From contig JBKAGP010000001.1 of NCBI GenBank assembly GCA_046290465.1, positions 2,144,001 to 2,208,000 of the forward strand: DNA of 64,000 nt, read 5' to 3'. This DNA is from Planctomycetota bacterium (GTDB taxonomy: Bacteria > Planctomycetota > UBA1135 > UBA2386). A program made the position numbers and the translations under genes. A model generated the notes under the pieces. That model was given only the letters and a program-made list of their open reading frames with translations. It was not told the DNA's origin and did no database searches. Shown here one piece after another: positions 9,518 to 20,988 of the stretch (the first letter of the stretch is position 1; every line of letters starts with the position of its first letter).

Positions 9518-12500
9518 ATGAGCTGGCGCCGCATCCTGCTGTTGTCGATCGCGCTCGTTTCCGTGTTGGCCGTGGCCACATGGGCGTTGCTACAAAACTC
9601 CGACGTCGCGACGGAATTCGTGCGCCGCGAGGTGCAGAACGTGTTCGCGACGCGTGCCGAGGTCGCTTCGACGGCGATCGGACTCGAAGCCGGTCGGCTG
9701 CAGATCGAGGGCTTCGAGCTCGCCGATCCGACGCAGCCCGAGCGCGCCCTGGTGCGCATCGCCAAGGGCCGGCTCGATGCCCAGCTCGACCCGTTCGGCG
9801 CCGGCATCGCGCCGCGCCACGTGGTCGTCGAGGGCCTCGAGATCGAGGCCGGCCCGACGTTCCCGACCGCTGCGCAGCTGCTGAAGCCGCGCGAAGCGAG
9901 CACCGATGGCGGCGTCGACCTGGACCTGCCGGTGGTCGAGGTGCGCTCGGGCAAGGCCACCCTGCACCTGTGCGAGGACGAACGGCCGCTGGTGCTCGAC
10001 GGCCTCGACGTCACCGTCGTGCCCCACCACACCGATCGTCGCAAGCTGCAGATCACCGGCTCGCTCGCCCTGACCGAGCCCGCCGCGGCGCTGCAGCTGC
10101 GCGGCGAGGTCGACCTGGAGTCGGGTGCAGCCAGGCTGAGCATCTCGACCGAGGCGGTGACCTGCAGCCAGCAGGTGGTCGCCTACCTGGCGCGGCTGGC
10201 GCAGGTCGACCAGCAGGCGCTCGACGTCGGCGGCGAGATCGAGTCGCTGCGCGTGACCTGCCTGATTCCGCCTCACACCGCGGCCGTGCGCACGCCGACC
10301 TTCGAGGTCGAGGCCCGCTGCAGCGACGTGCACGTCAACGCGCCGGACCTGCCGGCGATCGTGCGGCACGCCGACGTGCAGCTGCTGGTCAGCACCGCGC
10401 AGGGCGGCGTCGTGCAGGCGACGATCTCGCAGCACAACGAGACCGGCGCCATCGACGTGCGCGCGCGGATCACCGAGCTGGACGCCAGCGGCGACGACCT
10501 GCCCAAGCTCGAGCTCGACGCCAAGGGCCGCGACGTCGTCGTCGATGGCAACGTGCTCGCCGCCCTGCGCACGTTCCCGATCGGCAAGCGGGTGGTCGAA
10601 GCGCTGCGGCCGACCGCCGGCCGTGCCGACATCGACCTCTACCTCCACAATCCGCACATCCCGGGCGGCGACGCCGAGATCGACCTGCAGCTGCGCGACG
10701 TCGCGATGTCGTTCCACGGCTTCGGGGACGGCGAGCAGCGCATCGGCTTCCCGATGCCGCTCGAGCACGCCAGCGGCCGCGTGCGCCTGCGCAACGACAT
10801 CCTGCTGCTGCGCGACATGAAGGCGTCGATCCCGGCGAGCGCCGGCGGCGGCGAGGTGACGCTGCGCGGCCGCATCGAGGTCCGCCGAGGCCGCGGGGAC
10901 GACACCAGCCTCGACATCGAGGGCACCGGGGTGGCGTTCCGCGACGACCTGCGCACGGCGCTGGCCACGCTGCTGCGCGACGACGGCGAACTCTACGACC
11001 GCCTGGCGCCCGAGGGGCGCGCCGACGTGCACGTCGTGGTGCGGCCGCGCAGCGAACTGGCCGGCGGCTTCGGCGTCGAGGTCACTCCGCAGGGTGCGTC
11101 GATGCGCTGGGCGGGCTTTCCGTACGAGCTGAAGGACCTGCGCGGCAGCATCCGCGTGCGCATGGCCGATGCGCGCTTCGACCTGACCGGTCGGCACGGC
11201 GACGGCGGCCTGACGATGCGCGGCCGCATCCCGCTCGACAAGCAGCACGGCCCCGAGGACGGCTTCGAGGCGGTGATCGACCTCGACCAGCTGGCCGTCG
11301 ACGACGACCTGCGCCAGGGCGTCGCGGTGGTCGTGCGCGAACTCGACGCCCAGTGGCAGAAGGCGATGCCGAGCGGCCGGCTGTCCGGCAAGGTCAAGGT
11401 CTGGCGGCCGCTGCACGACGACCCGTTGTTCCACGACGTGCGCCTGCAGCTCGACGACGTCGATCTCGATCTGCCGCTGGCCCCGTGGCGCGCGACCGGC
11501 CTGCGCGGCCAGGTGCTGGTGCAGGGGTCCGGCCCGACCGCGCGCATCGACTTCGACGCGCTGCGCGGCAGCCTCACCAACGGCGTCGCCGAACCGGCCC
11601 GACTGGCCCTGCTCGGCCACCTCGAGTCGGGCCCCGACGTGGTGCGCGACCTCGCGTTCGTGGTGCGGGACCTGGAGCTGTGCGAACAGCTCGGCAAGAG
11701 CCTCGACGACCTCGGCGCGCTCGGCTTCGAGACCTGGGACTCGCTGCAGCCGTCCGGACGCGTCGACCTGGTCGTGCGCGAACGCTTGCAGCCCGAGTCC
11801 GACCCGGACCTGCAGGTCGTCGTGCAGCTGGTCGACGTGCGTTCCGACGCGCGCATGCTGCCCAAGCCGGCCGAGCACATGACCGGCGAACTGCACATCG
11901 AGGGCGGTGAGCTGACGTTCCGCGACGTGCGCGGCGAACTCGGCGGCGCCACCGTGCGCTGCTACAACGGCCGCGTGCGGCAGGTCGGCGCCGACGACGA
12001 CCGCACCGAGATCGCGTTCGACGTGCACGCCAAGGACTTCCCGGTCGACGACGGCCTCGCCAACCTGTTCACCGGCCCGCTGCGCAAGGCGGTGCTCGAC
12101 CGGCACCTGCGCGGCAAGGCCGACGTCGACGGCCTGCGGCTGCGGTTCCGCGTGCCGGGCCCCGACAGCGGCAAGCCGTTCACGACCACGATCGGCGGCG
12201 CGATCGGGCTCGACGGCGTCGACATGCAGCTCGGCACCGGCCGCGACGGCATCCGCGTGCTCAACCTGCACGGCATGGTGTCGCTCGCCGACAGCACCGT
12301 CACCGAGACCGGCGGCCAGCTGGTCGGCACGCTGTCGCGCGGCTCGCTGTCGCTGTTCGGACACCCGTTCGAGGCGGTCGAGACGACCTTCACGGCGGAC
12401 GCCAGGAAGTTGACGATCCACACCCTCAAGACCCGCATCCACGACGGCGAGCTGCGCCACGCCAAGACCGACGCGCCGGCGCTCAGCTACCTGCTGCCGG

Positions 12501-13108
12501 CGGCGAACGTGCCGGAGGGCCGGCTGTCGGCGGACCTGCAGTTCGACCGGGTCGACGTGTTCACGCTGCTGTCGACGTCGGGCTGGCGCAACCCGCCCTA
12601 CACCGGCCTGGCCAGCGGTCGCATGACGCTGAGCCGACTCGACGGCAACAACGTGGTCGGCGCCGAGGCGGCCGGCACGCTGCAGATCGAACGCGCCGAC
12701 CTCGGCAAGGTGCCGCTGTTCACCGCGATCTACGCGCAGCTGCCGCCGGCCAACCAGCCGCGCTTCAACCAGCTCGACATGACGTTCCGGCTGACGGACC
12801 ACCTGATGAGCTTCGACCGCCTCGAGGTGCGCTCGGAGATCCTCGCGGCCAAGGGCAGCGGCAAGCTCAACCTCGACGGCTACCTCGACGTCGAGATGGA
12901 GCTCGACAACCTGCTCGGCCAGTCGGCGGATCCGCTGGTCATGCCGCTGATCGACTACCTCGCCAAGAACCTGGTCAGCTTCCGCCTCTACGGCCACCTG
13001 CGCGACCTGCATGCGTCGACCGAGTTCCTCGGTTCGCGCACGCCGGATCGGCCGCCGGTGCTGCCGATGCCGCCGAAGCGGCCGAAGAGCAGTTCGCCCG
13101 GATATTGA
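9518..13108 (+). CDS. AsmA-like/YhdP-like large beta-repeat envelope protein
   Basis: N-terminal membrane anchor, ~1190 aa of repeating beta segments (LRGSIRV, MTGELHIEGGELTFRDVRG), C-terminal AsmA-like region (F.QLDMTFRL...GSGKLNLDGYLD). Confidence 0.75.
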   Translation: MSWRRILLLSIALVSVLAVATWALLQNSDVATEFVRREVQNVFATRAEVASTAIGLEAGRLQIEGFELADPTQPERALVRIAKGRLDAQLDPFGAGIAPRHVVVEGLEIEAGPTFPTAAQLLKPREASTDGGVDLDLPVVEVRSGKATLHLCEDERPLVLDGLDVTVVPHHTDRRKLQITGSLALTEPAAALQLRGEVDLESGAARLSISTEAVTCSQQVVAYLARLAQVDQQALDVGGEIESLRVTCLIPPHTAAVRTPTFEVEARCSDVHVNAPDLPAIVRHADVQLLVSTAQGGVVQATISQHNETGAIDVRARITELDASGDDLPKLELDAKGRDVVVDGNVLAALRTFPIGKRVVEALRPTAGRADIDLYLHNPHIPGGDAEIDLQLRDVAMSFHGFGDGEQRIGFPMPLEHASGRVRLRNDILLLRDMKASIPASAGGGEVTLRGRIEVRRGRGDDTSLDIEGTGVAFRDDLRTALATLLRDDGELYDRLAPEGRADVHVVVRPRSELAGGFGVEVTPQGASMRWAGFPYELKDLRGSIRVRMADARFDLTGRHGDGGLTMRGRIPLDKQHGPEDGFEAVIDLDQLAVDDDLRQGVAVVVRELDAQWQKAMPSGRLSGKVKVWRPLHDDPLFHDVRLQLDDVDLDLPLAPWRATGLRGQVLVQGSGPTARIDFDALRGSLTNGVAEPARLALLGHLESGPDVVRDLAFVVRDLELCEQLGKSLDDLGALGFETWDSLQPSGRVDLVVRERLQPESDPDLQVVVQLVDVRSDARMLPKPAEHMTGELHIEGGELTFRDVRGELGGATVRCYNGRVRQVGADDDRTEIAFDVHAKDFPVDDGLANLFTGPLRKAVLDRHLRGKADVDGLRLRFRVPGPDSGKPFTTTIGGAIGLDGVDMQLGTGRDGIRVLNLHGMVSLADSTVTETGGQLVGTLSRGSLSLFGHPFEAVETTFTADARKLTIHTLKTRIHDGELRHAKTDAPALSYLLPAANVPEGRLSADLQFDRVDVFTLLSTSGWRNPPYTGLASGRMTLSRLDGNNVVGAEAAGTLQIERADLGKVPLFTAIYAQLPPANQPRFNQLDMTFRLTDHLMSFDRLEVRSEILAAKGSGKLNLDGYLDVEMELDNLLGQSADPLVMPLIDYLAKNLVSFRLYGHLRDLHASTEFLGSRTPDRPPVLPMPPKRPKSSSPGY

Positions 13109-13139
13109 GCCGGCGCGCCGCTGGCCCGATGCTCTGGCG

Positions 13140-14228
13140 ATGGCATCGGTGCACGCAGTGATCATGGCCGGCGGATCCGGCACGCGGTTCTGGCCGGCGA
13201 GCCGGCAGGTCCGGCCCAAGCAGCTGCTGCCGCTCAGCGGCGGCAAGCCGATGATCCGCGCCGCCGTCGAACGCGTCGCGACGACCTGCCCGCCCGAGCG
13301 GATCTGGATCGTCACCAACGGTGCGCAGAGGGACGCGATCCTGGCCCTGATGCCGGACTTCGCGCCCGAGCAGGTGATCGTCGAACCCGCGGCGCGCGAC
13401 ACCGCGCCGTGCGTCGGCCTGGCGGTCGCGACGATCGCCGCGCGCGACCCGGACGCGACCGTGGTGATCCTGCCCGCCGACCAGACGATCGAGCCGGTCG
13501 CCGAGTTCGAGCGCATGCTCGCCCGCGGCACCGGGCTGGCGGCCGACGGCGAGACGCTGGTGACGTTCGGCATCCCGCCGAGCTACCCCGCGACCGGCTA
13601 CGGCTACATCGCGCTGGGCAGGCCGCGCGATGAGGCCCAGCCGCGCGCGTTCGTCGCCGACGGCTTCCGCGAGAAGCCGGACCTCGCGACCGCACGGCGG
13701 TTCGTCGACGAAGGTCGGTTCTGGTGGAACAGCGGCATCGTCGCGTTCGCGGTGCGCGCGATGCGCACGCAGATGCAGCGGCACTGCGAGCCGCTCGCGG
13801 CGGCGACCGACGCGATGCAGGCCGCCCGCGAGGCCGGCGACGACGCGGCGCTGCGGCGCGCGTTCACGTCGGCGCCACAGACGTCGATCGACTTCGCCGT
13901 GATGGAGAAGGCCGACGAGCTGACCGTGGTCGAGTGCACCGCGACCTGGGACGACGTCGGCAGCTTCCCGGCGCTGGCGCGCGTGCTCGACGGCGATGCG
14001 CACGACAACCACGCCTCGCTGCACGACGGCGCCGACGCGCTGCTGCTCGACAGCAAGGACAACGTCGTCTACGCCGAAGGCACGCGCACCGTCGCGATGT
14101 TCGGCGTCGAGGGCCTGGTGGTCGCCGCGGTCGGCGACGCCGTGCTGGTCTGCCCAAAGGACCGCGCCGACGAACTCAAGAAGGTCGTCGCCGAACTGAA
14201 GGCCCGCGGCCGCGAGGACCTGCTGTGA
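13140..14228 (+). CDS. manC: Mannose-1-phosphate guanylyltransferase
   Basis: VIMAGGSGTRFWPASR..PKQLL, EPAARDTAP, PATGYGYI, FREKP, WNSG, SIDFAVMEK, WDDVGS. Confidence 0.93.
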   Translation: MASVHAVIMAGGSGTRFWPASRQVRPKQLLPLSGGKPMIRAAVERVATTCPPERIWIVTNGAQRDAILALMPDFAPEQVIVEPAARDTAPCVGLAVATIAARDPDATVVILPADQTIEPVAEFERMLARGTGLAADGETLVTFGIPPSYPATGYGYIALGRPRDEAQPRAFVADGFREKPDLATARRFVDEGRFWWNSGIVAFAVRAMRTQMQRHCEPLAAATDAMQAAREAGDDAALRRAFTSAPQTSIDFAVMEKADELTVVECTATWDDVGSFPALARVLDGDAHDNHASLHDGADALLLDSKDNVVYAEGTRTVAMFGVEGLVVAAVGDAVLVCPKDRADELKKVVAELKARGREDLL

Positions 14229-14659
14229 GCCTGACGCCGAAGTCCCGCATCCTCGCCGTCGACTACGGCGACTCGCGCACCGGTCTGGCTGCGACCGACT
14301 GGACCGGCTCGATCGTCGTGCCGCTGCCGCGCATCGACAGCCGCGACCAGAAGGACGTCGTGCGGCAGGTCGTCGAACTGTGCGCCGAGCGCGACACGCA
14401 GGGCCTGGTGGTCGGCATGCCGCTGACGCTCGACGGCACCCCCGGCGAACGCGCCCAGCGCACCGACGAGTTCGTGAAGCTGCTGCAGGCGGCGACGCCG
14501 CTGCCGGTGGCGACGATCGACGAGAGCCACACCACCGACGAGGCCCACGAGCGCCTCAAGATGGGCGGCATGAAGGCCAAGAAGCGCAAGGAGTTCGCCG
14601 ACAGCGTCGCGGCGCTGGTGATCCTCGAGCGCTACCGCCACCAGCTCGCTCGCCCCTGA
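14225..14659 (+). CDS. ruvX: RuvX/YqgF RNase H-fold nuclease
   Basis: RILAVDYGDSRTGLA, LVVGMPL, IDESHTT, DSVAALVIL; GTG start overlaps the manC stop. Confidence 0.9.
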   Translation: MSLTPKSRILAVDYGDSRTGLAATDWTGSIVVPLPRIDSRDQKDVVRQVVELCAERDTQGLVVGMPLTLDGTPGERAQRTDEFVKLLQAATPLPVATIDESHTTDEAHERLKMGGMKAKKRKEFADSVAALVILERYRHQLARP

Positions 14660-14703
14660 GGCGAGGCGGCCGGCGGCCCGGCCGGCAACCGCCGGGGAAA
14701 GAT

Positions 14704-15077
14704 GTGCCTGGTCCCCGTAAGCCGGGTTCTGGTGCCGCCCGAAGGCGGTGACGGCCATTTCTCTAGGGCCAGCCTCGCGGCTGGTCGCCAACGACCTACC
14801 CGAGGACCTGAGCGCGGGCCGCGCGATCCTCCTACTCGGTCTTCCTCCAGGTGGGGTTTGCCGTGCCACCCCGCTCGTGCGGGGCGCGGTGGGCTCTTAC
14901 CCCACCGTTTCACCCTTGCCGTCCCTCCGAGGAATCCCGAAGGCGTCCGGCGGTCTGATCTCTGTGGCACTTTCCCTGTTCTTGCGAACGGTGGGCGTTA
15001 CCCACCACCTTGCCCTGAGGAGCCCGGACTTTCCTCCCGCGGCAAGCGCCGCCGGCGGCCGTCCAGGGACCAGGCGC
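14704..15077 (-). ncRNA. rnpB: RNase P RNA (type A)
   Basis: Minus strand has GAGGAAAGTCCGGGCT near the 5' end, AAGTGCCACAGA, GGGTGAAACGGTGGGGTAAGAGCCCAC, GGCAAACC and 3' CAGAACCCGGCTTAC. The ends pair (GCCTGGTCCC/GGGACCAGGC). Confidence 0.96.
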
Positions 15078-15256
15078 GGCGCACCTTACGGGCGCTTGAA
15101 CTCGACCGCAAACGGCCAGAATAGGATCTGGCAAAATCGATGGCCGCAGCTTGTCGGATGCGCGTAGCGAGCTAGCCTTGATGGGACTCGCCGGGCGGTC
15201 CCTCTCTCCCGCCCTTCGCCTCGACACCTCGGTCCTGCAACCTGTGAGGTCGCATC

Positions 15257-15565
15257 GTGCGACTCGCCACCAGCCTCGCCTCCATCCTGCTCTGTCTGGC
15301 GCCCTGCCTGGGCCAGACGCACTCGCCCGACGGCAGCCATCCGGCATCCCGGAACGAGTCCGCCCGCGCGCGCACCGGGACCGCCGTCTCCCTGCGTGCC
15401 GACCGGCCGAACGGCCCGTCGCCTTCGACGCCGTCGAACCCGGAGCCCGATTCGGCCCAACCGGTCCCCGAGCCCAGCACGTTCCTGCTGGTCGGCACCG
15501 GCCTGGTCGGCGTCGCACTGACGGCCCGCCGCCGTCGCCGCCGGGAGTCGCCGTCGCCTTCCTGA
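15257..15565 (+). CDS. Small PEP-CTERM sorting-domain protein
   Basis: Signal peptide, short Pro/Ser-rich segment, then VPEPSTFLLVGTGLVGVALTARRRRRR (PEP + TM helix + basic cluster). Confidence 0.85.
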   Translation: MRLATSLASILLCLAPCLGQTHSPDGSHPASRNESARARTGTAVSLRADRPNGPSPSTPSNPEPDSAQPVPEPSTFLLVGTGLVGVALTARRRRRRESPSPS

Positions 15566-15601
15566 TCGGATCGCCTTCCTGATCGGATCGCCTTCCTGAT
15601 C
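15554..15601. repeat. 17-bp tandem repeat (2.8 copies) containing the PEP-CTERM gene stop codon
   Basis: tcgccttccTGAtcgga at 15554 and 15571, partial copy at 15588. Confidence 0.9.
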
Positions 15602-15646
15602 TGTCCGCCTCCGTCCGGATCGGCCGTTCCGCCCGGCGCGATCCCG

Positions 15647-16381
15647 CTAGCCGAAGCGAGGACGATGCCCCTCGATGCGCGCGACCTTGCGCGCCACCGC
15701 CGCGAACAGCGCGCGACGCTCGCCCACCGACAGCCCCCCCGCGTAGCCACGCAGGAACCGCGCCCGGATCGACACCGGCACCGGCACCGGAGACGACGCG
15801 AGCAGCGACGCCAGCTCCTTGACGACCCAGCGGCGCCACCGCCACCGCGGCCGGAACATGCGCTCGACGTCGATCACCGCCGGGCGGCCGCCCTCGCGCG
15901 GGTCCCGCGCGAACAGGTGCGCCAGATTGAGATCGCGGTGGATCCAGCGGCGGTCGTGCAAGCGGCGGGCCAACGGCGCGACTTCTCGCACGCAATACGC
16001 GAACCACCGATCCAGCCAGCCTTCGTCGGCTGCGGTCACCGCCCACGCATCGAGCGAACGCCCGGGCACCGCCCCGAACACGACCATGCTGCCGCGCCGC
16101 GAACGGACCCGCGCGACCGGTTCGGCCGCGACCTCGCCGGCCTGCCGCAGCCGGTGCAGCCACCGCCACTCGGCGTCGGCGCCGCCGGCCGCGCGGTAGC
16201 GCTTGGCGTACAGCCAGCTGCCGCCGTCCGCGGCCATCAGCGTACGGCGGGACGGCACGCACCGAACCGTGCGACCGAGGCTGCCGCGCCACAGCTCCCG
16301 GACCGCCGCGGCGTGCCGTTCGACAACTATCGTCAGATCGTCGCCATCTGCTGTCGCAGCTTGGTTGCCGTCGTGGTTCAC
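15647..16381 (-). CDS. LPS kinase, WaaP/RfaP-Kdo kinase family
   Basis: LYAKRY, AEWRWL..L, RRLHDRRWIHRDLNLAHLF, VIDVER, RWVVKELASL. Start uncertain (GTG at 16381 chosen). Confidence 0.75.
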   Translation of the reverse strand: MNHDGNQAATADGDDLTIVVERHAAAVRELWRGSLGRTVRCVPSRRTLMAADGGSWLYAKRYRAAGGADAEWRWLHRLRQAGEVAAEPVARVRSRRGSMVVFGAVPGRSLDAWAVTAADEGWLDRWFAYCVREVAPLARRLHDRRWIHRDLNLAHLFARDPREGGRPAVIDVERMFRPRWRWRRWVVKELASLLASSPVPVPVSIRARFLRGYAGGLSVGERRALFAAVARKVARIEGHRPRFG

Positions 16382-16432
16382 TACGTCTACGGTCCTCCAC
16401 GTCGCATTGCCAAGCAAGCGCCCTCTCACGGC

Positions 16433-17698
<1,266 letters not shown>

Positions 17699-17748
17699 CG
17701 CGGGCGGCGTCGCCGCAACCGCGGGCTGCCGGACCTGGCCGGTGCCGG

Positions 17749-17799
17749 TTGCCCACCAGGCCTGTTTGCCCAGCAGGCCTACTTGCGCAGCAGGCCTAC
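17749..17799. repeat. 17-bp degenerate tandem repeat (3 copies) containing the DinB gene stop codon
   Basis: ttgcccaccaggcctgt / ttgcccagcaggcctac / ttgcgcagcaggcctac. Confidence 0.8.
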
Positions 17800-18344
17800 T
17801 TCCTCAGGGCCTCCACCACCTCGCGCGCCTGCTCGGTGTGCCTTCGTTCGTGGAAGCCGGCGAAGGCGACCCACTGGTAGAAGGTGAGTTCACCGAAGAC
17901 GAAGTGGCGTTCGCGGATCGCGGCGACGTCCTTGCCGTCCGCGGCGAGCACGACCTGCTGCAGGCGCTGGCGGGCGCGGTCGAGCTGCGACCTGGCCTCG
18001 GCGAACGGCATCGCAAGGTCCGGCGCGGCGAAGTCCGGAGCCTCGATGCGCTGGCTGCGGTCGAGCACGGTCGCGGCGTCGAAGCTCGCGACTGCCGACG
18101 CCGCGCCGGGCGGCAGCTCCGGCAGGTCGCCGTCCGACAGCGCCTGCCGCAGGCGCCGCTGCAAGAACGCGCCGATCTGCCCCTCGGTGCGCGCCAGGTG
18201 CGACAGCAGGTTGGCGAGCGACCAGCGTCCGGCGGCGGGTGCGCGGGCACGGTCGCTCTCGGGCACCGCGTCGACGACGGCGAGCAGGTCGGTGCGTCCG
18301 TCGTCCAGGTGCGCGAGCAGTTCGGTCGTCTGGGCGTGCATCAC
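17796..18344 (-). CDS. DinB family four-helix protein
   Basis: PAAGRWSLANLLSHLARTE, HFVFGELTFYQW, HERRHTEQ. Confidence 0.85.
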   Translation of the reverse strand: MMHAQTTELLAHLDDGRTDLLAVVDAVPESDRARAPAAGRWSLANLLSHLARTEGQIGAFLQRRLRQALSDGDLPELPPGAASAVASFDAATVLDRSQRIEAPDFAAPDLAMPFAEARSQLDRARQRLQQVVLAADGKDVAAIRERHFVFGELTFYQWVAFAGFHERRHTEQAREVVEALRK

Positions 18345-18381
18345 CGACCAGGATAGGCCGCGCGAGCCGGCTCCAAAGACG

Positions 18382-18819
18382 TCAGTCGTGATCGGGCCGC
18401 GAACGTCGGGACTTCTTCAAGTCACCGCGACGTTTCTTCGCGTCGAGGCGACGGCGCTGGCTGCCGCGCGTCGGCCTGGTCGCGATGCGCCGCTTCTGCC
18501 GCACCAGGGCCTGCGCGATCCACGCGGCCATGCGCTCCTGCGCGGCCCGGTAGTTCATGAACTGGCTCTTGTGCTCGCTCGAGATCGCGACGAGCCGGCC
18601 GTCGGCGTCGAGGCGGTTCTGCAGCGCGGTGCGGATGCGCGCGACGTCGCGATCGCCGAGCACCTCGCGCGCCGCCTCGAGGTCGAGGCGGAGGTCGACC
18701 TTGGTCTCGGTCTTGTTGACGTGCTGGCCGCCCGCGCCGCCGCTGCGGGAGAACGACACGGCGAAGCACTCCTTCGGGACGACGCGGCCGTCCTTGAGCA
18801 CCAGGTCAGAGCGCGACAT
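18382..18819 (-). CDS. arfB: Alternative ribosome rescue peptidyl-tRNA hydrolase ArfB
   Basis: FSRSGGAGGQHVNKTETKV (GGQ motif) and basic C-terminal tail RIATRPTRGSQRRRLDAKKRRG. Confidence 0.92.
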   Translation of the reverse strand: MSRSDLVLKDGRVVPKECFAVSFSRSGGAGGQHVNKTETKVDLRLDLEAAREVLGDRDVARIRTALQNRLDADGRLVAISSEHKSQFMNYRAAQERMAAWIAQALVRQKRRIATRPTRGSQRRRLDAKKRRGDLKKSRRSRPDHD

Positions 18820-19744
18820 CGTCCACCCACTGCTGCTGGGGTCGTTGCCCCGCGTGCCAGCCGGCCGCGAGCCAGGCGGCGCCGACAGCCGCATCGTCGG
18901 GGCCGACGCGATGCGCGTCGACCTCGTGGCCGAACGCCGCCTGCATCACCCGCACGAGGCCATCGCGCAGCAGGTCCGAGTGCATCACGCCGCCGCCGAG
19001 CGCGACGTGCTGGCCTTCGCTCGGCGGCAGTTGGACGCGGCGCAGCGCCGCCTCGCCGAGTTCGACCAGCTGCCGCATGCCGACCATCAGCACGTCGGCC
19101 GCCAGCCAGTCGTCCTGCTCGAACGCGTCGAGCACGACCGGCAGGCGGGCGGCGACTTCACCTGGCGACAGCCGCTGCGCGACCGCGCCGAGCCGTTCGG
19201 GCGACGGTGCGTCGAAGGCGCGGGTCAAGGCGTCGGTCAGCGCCGTCGTGCGGCCGCGACCGTCGACCGCGCGCAGCACCGCGACGATCGCGCGGCGGAC
19301 AAGATCGTAGCCGCTGCCCTCGTCGCCAAAGGCGTAGCCGCGACCGCCGACGCGCGCGAGCCGGCCGTCCGGGCCGCGCGCGACCGCGAACGAACCGGTG
19401 CCGGACCACAGCAGCAGCCCGGGACCTTCGCGCAAGCCAGCCGCCGCGGCGGCAAGCACGTCGCCGACGACGGCGACCGGAATGCCGGTCCGGGCCCGCA
19501 GCGATGTCGCGATCGCAGCCGCGATCGCCGCATCGCCACCGCCGGCGACCGCGCAGACCACGGCCTCGGGGCGCCGGTGCGCCGCGACCGCCCGTTCGAT
19601 CGCAACCGCGAGCGCTGCCGAAGCCGCGTCGACGCCGTCGACGGCCGGCTGCGACGTCGGCGCGTCGCCACCCGGCGCCGAGCCGCGCGGCCACCACTCG
19701 AAGCGGCACTTGCTGCCGCCGACGTCCAGGCCGAGGAAGCTCAT
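18806..19744 (-). CDS. BadF/BadG/BcrA/BcrD ATPase family (N-acetylglucosamine kinase-like)
   Basis: LGLDVGGSK, SGTGS, RVGGRGYAFGDEGSGYDL, LGGGV. Confidence 0.85.
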   Translation of the reverse strand: MSFLGLDVGGSKCRFEWWPRGSAPGGDAPTSQPAVDGVDAASAALAVAIERAVAAHRRPEAVVCAVAGGGDAAIAAAIATSLRARTGIPVAVVGDVLAAAAAGLREGPGLLLWSGTGSFAVARGPDGRLARVGGRGYAFGDEGSGYDLVRRAIVAVLRAVDGRGRTTALTDALTRAFDAPSPERLGAVAQRLSPGEVAARLPVVLDAFEQDDWLAADVLMVGMRQLVELGEAALRRVQLPPSEGQHVALGGGVMHSDLLRDGLVRVMQAAFGHEVDAHRVGPDDAAVGAAWLAAGWHAGQRPQQQWVDDVAL

Positions 19745-19809
19745 GTCACCGCCCGCCGTGATCGCCTACCCTCGGGGCGACGACCGTTTCGCCGAAGAAG
19801 GAGGAAGGC

Positions 19810-20913
19810 ATGCTGTTGGTCACGAATCGCAGCGTCCCAGAGGACGCGAACGAGCACAAGGGCGGGCCCGGCCTGCTCGGCAAGCACCCGAACCACAACG
19901 GCCCGAACGAGCTGCGGCTCGTCGAGGCCACCAAACGCGCCGGCAGGTGGACGCTCGAGGTCCTGCCCGACGAGGTCACGCCGGCGATGAAGCGCGCGGT
20001 CGGCCGCCGCGCCGACGCGCCGCTCAGCGTGGTCGACTGGGCCGCCGAGAAGATCCTGAAGGCGATCCAGCCGCGGCCGCGGCCGAGCGGCGGCAAGACC
20101 AAGGGCAAGAACGTGCTGCTCTACGTGCACGGCTACAACAACGACGTCGAGGACGTGCTTGAGCGTTCGCTGGTGATGTCGCGCAAGTTCGGCGTCGAGG
20201 TGATGCCGTTCACGTGGCCGGCCAACGGCGGCGGCATCGTCGGCGGCACGCTGAGCTACAAGAGCGACAAGCGCGACGCCAAGGTTTCGATCGGCGCGTT
20301 CGACCGCACGTTGGCGTTCGTCGGCGACCAGCTGCGGCGCGTCAACGAGCTGCGCATCGAGCAGATCCGGCGCAAGGCTGCCGAACGGCACCCCGACAAC
20401 CTCGAGTCGCAGCGGCGGCTGGTGTCGGAGCTGCTCGACAAGCAGTGCCCGTTCTCGATCAACCTGCTGCTGCACAGCATGGGCAACTACCTCTACAAGC
20501 ACCTGCTGCTGTCGTCGGCGTCGGAGGGCACCGGGCTGGTGTTCGACAACGTGGTGCTGTGTGCCGCCGACGCCAACAACAAGGACCACGCGCGCTGGGT
20601 CGACCGGATCCGCTGCCGCCACCGCGTCTATGTGACGATCAACGAGGACGACATCGCCCTGCGCGCCTCGCGGCTCAAGTCGGGCAGCGACCAGCTGGCA
20701 CGGCTCGGGCACTACCCGTTCAACCTGACTTCGGAGCACGCCGCCTACGTGCAGTTCACCAGCGCCCGCCACGTCGGCCGCAGCCACGCCTACTTCGCCG
20801 ACGACGCACTGAAGAACGCCAGCATCCGCACGTTCTTCCGCAAGGTCCTCAACGGCGAACGCGCCGACCAGCAACTCGACTACGACCCCGGCTCCAACAC
20901 CTACCGCTTCTGA
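19810..20913 (+). CDS. DUF900-type alpha/beta hydrolase
   Basis: LLYVHGYN, FTWP, HSMG nucleophile elbow, VLCAAD, DIAL..S, RLG, HAYF. Confidence 0.8.
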   Translation: MLLVTNRSVPEDANEHKGGPGLLGKHPNHNGPNELRLVEATKRAGRWTLEVLPDEVTPAMKRAVGRRADAPLSVVDWAAEKILKAIQPRPRPSGGKTKGKNVLLYVHGYNNDVEDVLERSLVMSRKFGVEVMPFTWPANGGGIVGGTLSYKSDKRDAKVSIGAFDRTLAFVGDQLRRVNELRIEQIRRKAAERHPDNLESQRRLVSELLDKQCPFSINLLLHSMGNYLYKHLLLSSASEGTGLVFDNVVLCAADANNKDHARWVDRIRCRHRVYVTINEDDIALRASRLKSGSDQLARLGHYPFNLTSEHAAYVQFTSARHVGRSHAYFADDALKNASIRTFFRKVLNGERADQQLDYDPGSNTYRF

Positions 20914-20988
20914 CCATTACCGCACCGCACGACCGAACCGCGGTCAGCCTGCGCGCAGGATGAACCCGGTTCGGTATGCGGTGTCTGG

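Noticed and set aside
9590..13573. 1327-aa minus-strand ORF
   Set aside because: Shadow of the AsmA-like gene.
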